A stretch of DNA of 64,000 nt from the NCBI GenBank assembly GCA_943841495.1, contig CALSYL010000003.1, forward strand, positions 16,915 to 80,914, given 5' to 3'. The translations under genes and the position numbers were made by a program. The notes below the pieces were generated by a model. It did not search any database. It was given only the letters and a program-made list of their open reading frames with translations, and was not told where the DNA came from. This DNA comes from an uncultured bacterium. Its GTDB lineage: Bacteria; Fidelibacterota; Marinisomatia; Marinisomatales; Marinisomataceae. Below are positions 9,519-18,145 of this stretch, in pieces; position 1 is the first letter of the stretch; each line of letters opens with the position of its first letter.

Positions 9519-10287
9519 ATCGTTAAAAGAGCTTATAGATATTGTAGTTACCCTAAGATCTGATAATGGTTGTGAGTGGGATAAAAAACAAACTCCAGAA
9601 TCTTTAACTCCTCATCTAATTGAAGAAACACATGAAGTAGTTGACGCAATTCTAGATAATAATTCTGAAAACTTAAAAGAAGAGTTAGGCGATTTATTAT
9701 TACACATTATTTTTCAAGTAGTTATTGCTTCAGAAAGAAATCAATTTGAACTAGATGATATTATTAAAAATATCAATAAAAAATTAACTGACCGCCACCC
9801 ACATATCTTTGATAAAAATTATAAAGGCGAGGATTCATCTAGATCAAAGAATTGGGAGCTTAATAAGAAAAAAGAAAAAAACAGAAAATCAATTTTAGAT
9901 GGGGTACCCAATTCTCTATCCTCACTTATTGTATCGCAGAGATATCAAGATAAAACTGGAGCTGTAGGTTTTGAATGGGAAAATTCCGATCAAGCAATGC
10001 TTAAAGTGGATGAAGAGCTGAATGAGTTGAAAAACGCTATTAAAAATAATGATGATAAAAATATTGAAGAAGAAATAGGAGATCTATTAACTACAGTTGT
10101 AAATATAGCTAGATTTTTTAATGTATCTGCTGAGCTTGCGCTAAAAAAAACAAATAAAAAGTTTTACAACAGGTTTCATTATATTGAGAAAGCACTTGCT
10201 AATAAAAAGCAAAATATTGAAAAGTTATCTTTAAAAGAACTCTTAAATTATTGGGAGAAAGCAAAAAGTGAAGAAAAAACAAATTAG
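9508..10287 (+). CDS. mazG: Nucleoside triphosphate pyrophosphohydrolase MazG
   Basis: LRSDNGCEWDKKQT, EELGDLLLHI, RHPHIF, second domain EEIGDLL. Confidence 0.93.
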   Translation: MKFESLKELIDIVVTLRSDNGCEWDKKQTPESLTPHLIEETHEVVDAILDNNSENLKEELGDLLLHIIFQVVIASERNQFELDDIIKNINKKLTDRHPHIFDKNYKGEDSSRSKNWELNKKKEKNRKSILDGVPNSLSSLIVSQRYQDKTGAVGFEWENSDQAMLKVDEELNELKNAIKNNDDKNIEEEIGDLLTTVVNIARFFNVSAELALKKTNKKFYNRFHYIEKALANKKQNIEKLSLKELLNYWEKAKSEEKTN

Positions 10288-10690
10288 AGGTATAACGTTT
10301 GGATCATTTGATTTATGTCATTATGGTCATGCATTAATGTTCGAAGAATGTAAACAATATTGTGATTACTTAATTGTTGGAGTTCAATCAGATCCTAGTA
10401 TTGATAGACCTGAAAAAAATTCACCTATTCAATCGCATATTGAAAGAATGGGAATAGTAAGCTCTTTAAAATTTGTTGATGAAGTAATTCCATACAATAC
10501 TGAATCTGATTTAATTAAAGTATTAAAAGAAATAAATCCAGATGTCAGAATTTTAGGGGCAGACCATGAAGGTACAAAATATACAGGACATGAACTCCCT
10601 ATAAAGTGTGTATTTAACTCAAGAGATCACGGATACTCTACGTCAGAGCTTAGAAAAAGAGTTTATAACGCTGAAAAAAAGAAAATCTAA
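10268..10690 (+). CDS. Cytidylyltransferase family protein (glycerol-3-phosphate cytidylyltransferase-like)
   Basis: FGSFDLCHYGH (HxGH), LIVGVQSD, RDHGYSTSELR. Confidence 0.85.
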   Translation: MKKKQIRGITFGSFDLCHYGHALMFEECKQYCDYLIVGVQSDPSIDRPEKNSPIQSHIERMGIVSSLKFVDEVIPYNTESDLIKVLKEINPDVRILGADHEGTKYTGHELPIKCVFNSRDHGYSTSELRKRVYNAEKKKI

Positions 10691-11269
10691 TTACCTGTAA
10701 GATAATTAAATACTATAGCAGACATTAACTTGGTATAATCTATATTCTCAATATTGATTTCATTTAATAAGCTCTTATTTTGAATTGCCAGAACTCTCAG
10801 TTTTTCTCCAACAAAAATTTGCCTAGTATTTAAATCAATATTCTGAAAATTTATTTTGTATGGATTGTCTTTCATTATTTCTGAAAGAGAATATTGACTA
10901 GGTGAATACTCAGGAAGAATTTTTTTTAAAAAAATTGAAAAAGTGTAATCAGAATTAAAATTATCAATAATCAATAATGAACCATTTAGTATATTTTGTT
11001 GAAGGCTAATAATTTGAATTTCAGATAATTTAAGATATGCATCAGAACATAAAATAATTATTGCATGATTATTAAATTCATCAACATCATCAAGGCTGAT
11101 TTGTGAGAGAAATTTCAATTTTTGAACGATCACTTAAAAAAGAGGTAAGAAAGGTGATATTGTTAATATTACATTCTCCTTTGAGCAAGATTTTATCAGA
11201 TTGAGCGTGTAGGTTTTCTAAAAGAAGCCCAATTATCAATAAAACAACTATATTTAGTTTTTTAATCAT
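10687..11269 (-). CDS. Secreted DUF4159-like protein; one frameshift (~11095)
   Basis: Signal-peptide ORF (MIKKLNIVVLL..LHAQ) joins ORF 10687..11133 (DEFNNHAIIIL..LQQNILNGSLLIIDNF..FLKKILPE), weakly resembling DUF4159. Confidence 0.45.
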
Positions 11270-11300
11270 TATTAACAATTTAGGTTTTAATTTTATTTAA

Positions 11301-12470
11301 ATGAAAACACTAAAATTCTATCTTATAATTTTAATAACTATATCTTTTGTTATTTCACAAGAAAAGAGTTTTGATCAATCAATTAAAGATACTGAAAATC
11401 AAATTAAGGAATTGAAGAATTCTATTAATGTTGGAAATAATGAAGTAAAAAAGCTCCAGAGTCAGTCCAAAAAAACTAAAGAAATATTAGCGCTAACCAA
11501 AAAAAACATTAACAACTCAAATACATTAATAAAGACCTATGAAAGACAAATTAGTTTGTATAATAAACAATTGAGCAATCTTCAAACTGCAATTAATAAA
11601 AATAATTCAACAATTAGTGAAATAAAGAAGTCTTATGAAACAAGATCAATTAGTCTTTACAAGAATAAGAATGTTGGATTCTCAAATTATATATTTAATT
11701 CCCAAAGCTTTTCACAAATGATTTATAGGCTAAAATATTTCAATATTATATCTGAAATTAACCAGGATTCAGTTAATAAAATTAAAACAACACAAAGATA
11801 TAATAAGCAAAAAACAAAGGAAATTGAATTATTGATGTCGAGAGTTGAATCAAGTAAAAGCTCAAAAAAGAATGAAATAGCACAATTAAGTGATAAGAAA
11901 AGATATCAGGAAAAGCTACTAAGCCAACTTAAAAATGAAGAAAGACTTGTTAAGCTTGAAATTGATAAACAATTACAACAGATAAAATCTTTAGAGCAAT
12001 TAAGAAAGAAAATTATTGCTGAAAAAGAGAAGTATAATGCTCAGCAACTGGCAAGTTTAAATAAAATTGATAGAGATATAAGAAAGTACAAAGGAAAATT
12101 GCAGTGGCCAGTGAAGGGAAAGATAGTAAAATCCTTCGGACCTCAATGGAACCCTAAATTGAATACAACTCTTGATAATCCTGGGATAGATATAAGCGCC
12201 AGAGCAACTACACCTGTTAAAAGTGTATTTGACGGGTATGTTTCAACCATAACATTTATTGCTGGGTACGGCACAACCGTGATTGTTGATCACAATAATA
12301 GTTATTATACCGTATTTACTCATCTTGAAAATTTATTGATCACAGAAGATATAAATATTAGAGAAGGTCAAAATATTGGCTATGTTTCAAAAGAAAATAT
12401 TATACATTTTGAAATTTGGGGAAATAACCAAAAACTAAACCCTGAAGGTTGGTTGATAAGTGGAAATTAA
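11301..12470 (+). CDS. envC: Murein hydrolase activator EnvC family (coiled coil + degenerate LytM/M23)
   Basis: Signal peptide, long coiled coil, GKLQWPVKG, NPGIDI and IHFEIW (zinc ligands degenerate as in EnvC). Confidence 0.8.
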   Translation: MKTLKFYLIILITISFVISQEKSFDQSIKDTENQIKELKNSINVGNNEVKKLQSQSKKTKEILALTKKNINNSNTLIKTYERQISLYNKQLSNLQTAINKNNSTISEIKKSYETRSISLYKNKNVGFSNYIFNSQSFSQMIYRLKYFNIISEINQDSVNKIKTTQRYNKQKTKEIELLMSRVESSKSSKKNEIAQLSDKKRYQEKLLSQLKNEERLVKLEIDKQLQQIKSLEQLRKKIIAEKEKYNAQQLASLNKIDRDIRKYKGKLQWPVKGKIVKSFGPQWNPKLNTTLDNPGIDISARATTPVKSVFDGYVSTITFIAGYGTTVIVDHNNSYYTVFTHLENLLITEDINIREGQNIGYVSKENIIHFEIWGNNQKLNPEGWLISGN

Positions 12471-13524
12471 GGATATACAAAGCGGAGTATCTAAGCTCCT
12501 GGGTTCTGCTATTAATGAGAAAAGAATTTCTAATGCCTATATCTTTTATGGAACATCAGGATCAGGGAAGGAAGCTCTAGCGCTTGAATTTGCAAAAGAA
12601 ATCTCATCCACAGATTCAGAAAAATTTATTTCTAGCGACAATATATTTTTCATCATTCCGGCTAAAAAAGATTTTTATGAAAAACTATTTAAGAGTAAAT
12701 CATTTGATTCAGATGAGTATAAGAATTGGAAACAGTTTCTAAGTAATAAAATTCACAATCCTTTGCAAAAAAAAATACTGTCACATAGTAATAATATTCC
12801 TGTAGAAGCAATTAAAAATCTTAAAGAAAAAATTTATTTCAAATCTAACAATAGAAAAGTAGTATTAATTTTTAACTCTGAAGCATTATCACATGGCAGT
12901 GCTGAATCAGCAAATATGTTATTAAAAATTCTTGAGGAACCTCCTAAAAATACAACATTTATATTAGTAACTGACTTGATTGATCAAGTGACTCCAACAA
13001 TTAAGTCTAGATGTCAAACAATATATGTTCCAAGGTTAACCTCTGAAGTTATATCGAGTATATTTTCAAGCAATAAATCTTTTTCTACTGACTTTATATC
13101 TTTTATTACTGATAATAACTTAAATACAATTGATAGTTTGATGTTATGGAATGAATCAAAAGTACTTGAATGTATAAAAAATTATATGAATGCAATCAGG
13201 TATAAAAATGCAGATTCAATTTCAAATTTTACTAATTCAACTTTGAATCTATACAGTTCATCAAAAAGTGAATTCAACCTATCTTTTAGAGTAATTAAAA
13301 AATTTATAAAATTACTCTCTATGAAAAATAAATCTATAGATTCTAAAATTGGCTTTAATGAGTTTGAGGAGCTTGCATGTATCGTAAGTTCTAAATTCAT
13401 CAACATGAATCATACTGAACTAGTTAAAAATATCGAAGACTTTTACTTAGGTATAGATGCAAATGCAAACCCTCAATCATCTCTAATGAATATGATAATA
13501 AAATCAAATAAGGCATTAAATTAG
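12460..13524 (+). CDS. holB: DNA polymerase III delta-prime subunit
   Basis: AYIFYGTSGSGK, SANMLLKILEEPP, TIKSRCQ; upstream of metG-tatD. Confidence 0.88.
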   Translation: MEIKDIQSGVSKLLGSAINEKRISNAYIFYGTSGSGKEALALEFAKEISSTDSEKFISSDNIFFIIPAKKDFYEKLFKSKSFDSDEYKNWKQFLSNKIHNPLQKKILSHSNNIPVEAIKNLKEKIYFKSNNRKVVLIFNSEALSHGSAESANMLLKILEEPPKNTTFILVTDLIDQVTPTIKSRCQTIYVPRLTSEVISSIFSSNKSFSTDFISFITDNNLNTIDSLMLWNESKVLECIKNYMNAIRYKNADSISNFTNSTLNLYSSSKSEFNLSFRVIKKFIKLLSMKNKSIDSKIGFNEFEELACIVSSKFINMNHTELVKNIEDFYLGIDANANPQSSLMNMIIKSNKALN

Positions 13525-13527
13525 TAT

Positions 13528-15003
13528 ATGCAAAAATACTACCTAACTACACCTATTTATTATGTAAACGATAAACCGCATATTGGGCATGCCTATACAA
13601 CAATTTTAGCAGACACTCTTGCAAGATATCGCGCACTGCTAGGAGAAGACCCCATATTTCTAACAGGTCTTGATGAACATGGGCTCAAGGTACAGCAAGC
13701 AGCAGAAAAAAATGGTAAATCACCAAAAGATCATTGTGATGATATGGCCCCAGCTTTTATAAATCTTTGGGAAAAATTAAATATACAATATTCAGATTTT
13801 ATCCGAACAACAGAAGAGAGGCATACTACTATTGTGCAAAAAATTCTTGATGAAGTATATCAAAATGGTGATATCTATATCGATGAATATGAGGGATGGT
13901 ATTCTGTATCTGAAGAAAGGTTTATCACAGATAAGGAATTAGATAGCGGAAAATTTGGTCAAGTCAAAAAGATTAAAGAAAAAAATTATTTTTTTAAAAT
14001 GAGTAAATATCAAACGAAGCTAATTGAAAAAATTGAAACTGATGAACTTTTGATTCAGCCCCTTAGTAGAAAAAATGAAGTACTAGGATTTTTAAGGAAC
14101 AAACTTTCAGATTTATGTATTTCAAGACCGAAATCACGTTTAGAGTGGGGAATTGAATTACCATTTGATAAAGAATATGTAACCTATGTTTGGTTTGATG
14201 CGTTAATTAATTATGTTTCTGCAATAGGCGCCTTTAATGATACAGAAAACTTTGAAAGATTATGGCCAGCAGATGTTCATTTGATTGGCAAAGACATTTT
14301 AACAACACATTCAGTGTATTGGCCTACTATGTTACTATCTTTGAATATGCCGCTACCTAAGCAAATTTTTGCGCATGGATGGTGGTTAACTGATAATGAA
14401 AAAATGAGTAAATCTTTGGGAAATGTTGTTAGCCCTTTATTGCTAATTGATGATTTTGGTGTTGACGCTGTAAGATACTACTTGATGTCAGAAATGGTAT
14501 TGGGGATGGATGCTACATTCTCATCTGAATCTTTTGAAAAGAAATATAATAGTGATTTAGCTAATGATTTTGGCAATCTTGTTAGTAGGGTTTCAACATT
14601 AATAAACAATAATTTTGATTCTAAGATTCCAATTCCATCTACCATGGAAAGTGATTTAGCAAATAACTATAAGAAAATTAATTTAAAGGATAGTCTCGAT
14701 AATCTAGCAATAGACAAGGTTATAAACGATACAATGACTTTTATAAGAAGTATAAACGTATTTATGGAAAAAAATGAACCATGGAAGTTGGTTAAAGAGG
14801 ATAAAAAGAAGGCAGGTCATATACTATTTCATTGCGCTGAAGCATTAAGATTGTCAGCTATTCTTCTTTCACCGGTAATGCCTTCAAAGTCAAATGATAT
14901 CCTTAAAATTTTAGGAACAAAAGAAAAAAGTTTAGCATGGGGTCAATTAAAACCTAGCTCTAGTATTACGCTTTCAAAACCAATATTTCCAAGAATAAAT
15001 TAA
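13528..15003 (+). CDS. metG: Methionine--tRNA ligase (short form, no C-terminal tRNA-binding domain)
   Basis: YYLTTPIYYVNDKPHIGH, YVWFDALINY, KMSKSLGN. Confidence 0.97.
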   Translation: MQKYYLTTPIYYVNDKPHIGHAYTTILADTLARYRALLGEDPIFLTGLDEHGLKVQQAAEKNGKSPKDHCDDMAPAFINLWEKLNIQYSDFIRTTEERHTTIVQKILDEVYQNGDIYIDEYEGWYSVSEERFITDKELDSGKFGQVKKIKEKNYFFKMSKYQTKLIEKIETDELLIQPLSRKNEVLGFLRNKLSDLCISRPKSRLEWGIELPFDKEYVTYVWFDALINYVSAIGAFNDTENFERLWPADVHLIGKDILTTHSVYWPTMLLSLNMPLPKQIFAHGWWLTDNEKMSKSLGNVVSPLLLIDDFGVDAVRYYLMSEMVLGMDATFSSESFEKKYNSDLANDFGNLVSRVSTLINNNFDSKIPIPSTMESDLANNYKKINLKDSLDNLAIDKVINDTMTFIRSINVFMEKNEPWKLVKEDKKKAGHILFHCAEALRLSAILLSPVMPSKSNDILKILGTKEKSLAWGQLKPSSSITLSKPIFPRIN

Positions 15004-15761
15004 TGGCTTTAATTGATACTCACGCTCATCTTTACTATGAAAATATGGAAAATGTTCTTTCTGAAGTACTTTCAAGAGCAAGTTCCAAAGGAGTTAATAA
15101 GATTGTTTGTATAGGAACTGATCTAGACACTTCTTTAAAATCAGTGAAGATTGCAGAAAAATATGATAATGTATTTGCTACTGTTGGCATTCATCCTCAT
15201 GACGCTAAAGATGTATCATCAGATTATATCATTCAATTAGAAGACTTGTCAAAGCATGAAAAAGTGGTAGCGATAGGTGAAATAGGTATTGATACTTTTA
15301 GAAATCTATCTCCAATTAATATTCAAAAAAGAGTAATGATTGAGCAGATGGAGTTAGCAGCAACACAAAATTTACCTATTGTTTTTCATAACAGAGATGC
15401 TGACAATGATATTTTGGATATATTAACCAGGCATAAATTTTATAAGGCATTAGCTCATTGTTATTCAAGTAATTTGTTGTTTGCAAAAAAACTTATTTCT
15501 TTAAATGTATTATTATCATTTTCGGGCAATGTAACTTTTAAAAATGCTACTAATATTGAAGTAATACAAAATATTTCATTGAATAATTTTGTCTTAGAAA
15601 CAGATTGCCCATTTCTAGCGCCACATCCATTTAGAGGTTCAAAAAATGAACCTTTTCATGTATATACTATTGCAGAAAAAATTGCTGAAATAAGATCTGA
15701 CAGTTTTGAAAATATTGCAGAAGCTACAACAAGAAATGCACAAAATTTTTTTAACATATAA
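15003..15761 (+). CDS. tatD: TatD family nuclease
   Basis: DTHAH, GIHPH, IGEIGID, FHNRDA, HCYS, LETDCPFLAP. Confidence 0.93.
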   Translation: MALIDTHAHLYYENMENVLSEVLSRASSKGVNKIVCIGTDLDTSLKSVKIAEKYDNVFATVGIHPHDAKDVSSDYIIQLEDLSKHEKVVAIGEIGIDTFRNLSPINIQKRVMIEQMELAATQNLPIVFHNRDADNDILDILTRHKFYKALAHCYSSNLLFAKKLISLNVLLSFSGNVTFKNATNIEVIQNISLNNFVLETDCPFLAPHPFRGSKNEPFHVYTIAEKIAEIRSDSFENIAEATTRNAQNFFNI

Positions 15762-16523
15762 ATGGTATTTGCAAAGAAAAAGTGGGGACAAAATTTTTTA
15801 GTAGATAATAACCTGCTTGAAAAAATTATAAATACTGTTGATTTAAATAATCAAAGTGAAGTGTTAGAAATTGGGCCAGGTCATGGTGCATTGTCTGAAA
15901 AGATTGCTTTAAAAACTAAAAATCTTACAATGGTTGAAATTGACATTGATTTAATACAGTCAATTAAACAAAATTTAGCAATATCTCATTTCCCACTTTT
16001 AAATCAAGACATATTAAAAACAAACATTAAAGACATTGACATAAGTAATCCGAAAGTAATTGGGAATATCCCATATAATATTACATCTCCAATCATTTTT
16101 TGGTTAATTGATAATTTACCATATTGGGATGAATCATTTTTAATGGTACAAAAAGAAGTAGCACAAAGATTGGTTGCAAAAAGTGGAACAAAAGAATATA
16201 GTAGGATCACAGTCATGACCAGCCTTTATTTTGATATTAAAATTTGTTTTTATATTTCGCCAAATGTTTTTAAGCCTAAGCCTAAAGTTGACTCTGCGTT
16301 CATATCTATTAAAAAAAATAATAAATATGATATTAATAAAATTGATACTAAAAAATTTAGTCAAGTTGTTCGAATGGCGTTCAATCAAAGGAGAAAAATG
16401 TTGAGAAATTCTCTTTCTTCATTAAATATTAATCATGATAAATGTTCAGTAGATTTTCAGCAAAGACCTGAGCAGCTATCTATTGATCAATTTGTAGATA
16501 TTTCAAACAATATTATATCATAA
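15762..16523 (+). CDS. rsmA: 16S rRNA adenine dimethyltransferase
   Basis: KKKWGQNFL, LEIGPGHG, GNIPYNITSP, MVQKEVA, PKVDSA. Confidence 0.95.
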   Translation: MVFAKKKWGQNFLVDNNLLEKIINTVDLNNQSEVLEIGPGHGALSEKIALKTKNLTMVEIDIDLIQSIKQNLAISHFPLLNQDILKTNIKDIDISNPKVIGNIPYNITSPIIFWLIDNLPYWDESFLMVQKEVAQRLVAKSGTKEYSRITVMTSLYFDIKICFYISPNVFKPKPKVDSAFISIKKNNKYDINKIDTKKFSQVVRMAFNQRRKMLRNSLSSLNINHDKCSVDFQQRPEQLSIDQFVDISNNIIS

Positions 16524-16560
16524 TTGGCATTTCTGTATTTTATCGTTAAGTTTCCGCACA

Positions 16561-16755
16561 ATGATTGAAGTAAATATAAAAGACAACGAGTCTCTAGAAA
16601 GAGCTTTAAGACGTTTCAAAAAGAAATGGGAACGTTCTGGTGTTCTAAAAGATGTAAAAAGAAAAGCTTTTTACGAGAAGCCAAGCGTGACAAAGAGAAT
16701 CGCTAAAAAACAAACTATCCGTAGAGCAGTAAGACTAGCAAAGTTCAATAACTAA
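16561..16755 (+). CDS. rpsU: 30S ribosomal protein S21
   Basis: ESLERALRRFKK, FYEKPS. Confidence 0.95.
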   Translation: MIEVNIKDNESLERALRRFKKKWERSGVLKDVKRKAFYEKPSVTKRIAKKQTIRRAVRLAKFNN

Positions 16756-16807
16756 TTAGTCGATAACTCCTCTTTCAATTCTAGTTAAAAATTTCTAACC
16801 TTTTACT

Positions 16808-18145
16808 ATGTTTATAAGAAGCGCATCTGGCCTAAGAGGAATAGCGAAGGAAGATTTTTCTCCCGATGTTATTGATCAATATGTTTGCTCGTATATTCTA
16901 AATCAAAATATCCAAAAATGTACCATAGGACGAGATGGAAGAAAGTCTGGAAATGAAATTTCAAAATGGGTTATTAATTCTTTAATAAATAACGGAGTTG
17001 ATGTAGTAAATTGTGACTTGGCCACTACTCCAACTATGCAATTAATTACAGAAAAAAGTGATTGTAATGGAGGTATTGTTATTACAGCTAGTCACAACCC
17101 AGCAGAGTATAATGGATTAAAATTTTTACAATCAGATGGAACTTTCTTAACTCCTAAGCAATGTGAAGAATTATTTAAATCAGTCGATAATGAGGAAAAA
17201 ATAGAATTACAAACAAATATTGGACATATTTCTCACTATGCAAATGCTGATAAAGATCATATAAATGCTATTTTAAACTTGTCATGTATTGAACGAGAAA
17301 AAATTAAGAGTAATAAATTTAAAGTTGTTATAGATGCTACAAACGGTGGAGCTTCAAAGATCCTACCTCTACTATGTAGAGAGCTTAGTTGTTCAGTTGT
17401 TACAATTAATTGTGATGGCAATGGAGATTATTCTAGAAATCCGGAACCATTGTCAATTAATTTAGGCGAGCTTGAAAAAAGAGTAAAAAAAGAAAATGCT
17501 GATATAGGATTAGCTACAGACCCTGATGGCGATAGATTATCTATAGTGTCAAACGATGGAAAAGCAATTGGTGAAGAACTTTCCTTACCCTTAGCTATAA
17601 TGAATTATAGTTTTTATTCAATCAAACCCGAGACATTTGTTACAAATTTATCTACATCTATGATGGTTGATGATGTTGTTAGTAGCTTTAATGGTACACT
17701 GCTAAGATCAAAAATAGGAGAAGCAAATGTTGTATCCTTGATGAGAAAACATAATGTTAATCTTGGTGGAGAAGGTAATGGAGGAATAATACTTAAGGAG
17801 GCTCATTTGGGTAGAGACTCATTAGTCGGAGCAGCAATGGTATTAAACTTAATGTCTATTAAAAGTAATACCCTGGACAATATTATTACTGAAATTCCTC
17901 AGTATGTTTTTATTAAAGATAAAATTAACCTCAATTCATCTAAAGAAATAGATATTGATAGTCTTGATAGTGTTTTCAATTGTGACGAAATTAATAAGTT
18001 AGATGGCATCAAGTTCATTTGGTCAAATAAATGGATCCATATTAGAAAATCTAATACTGAACCCATCCTCAGAATTTTTGCGGAAGGTACATCCATCAAT
18101 GAGCTGAGATCATTAACAAAAAAGCTACAAGAGTTTGTAAGATGA
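16808..18145 (+). CDS. glmM: Phosphoglucosamine mutase / alpha-D-phosphohexomutase
   Basis: ITASHNP, DPDGDR, GGEGNGG, RKSNTEP; exact substrate not certain. Confidence 0.8.
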   Translation: MFIRSASGLRGIAKEDFSPDVIDQYVCSYILNQNIQKCTIGRDGRKSGNEISKWVINSLINNGVDVVNCDLATTPTMQLITEKSDCNGGIVITASHNPAEYNGLKFLQSDGTFLTPKQCEELFKSVDNEEKIELQTNIGHISHYANADKDHINAILNLSCIEREKIKSNKFKVVIDATNGGASKILPLLCRELSCSVVTINCDGNGDYSRNPEPLSINLGELEKRVKKENADIGLATDPDGDRLSIVSNDGKAIGEELSLPLAIMNYSFYSIKPETFVTNLSTSMMVDDVVSSFNGTLLRSKIGEANVVSLMRKHNVNLGGEGNGGIILKEAHLGRDSLVGAAMVLNLMSIKSNTLDNIITEIPQYVFIKDKINLNSSKEIDIDSLDSVFNCDEINKLDGIKFIWSNKWIHIRKSNTEPILRIFAEGTSINELRSLTKKLQEFVR

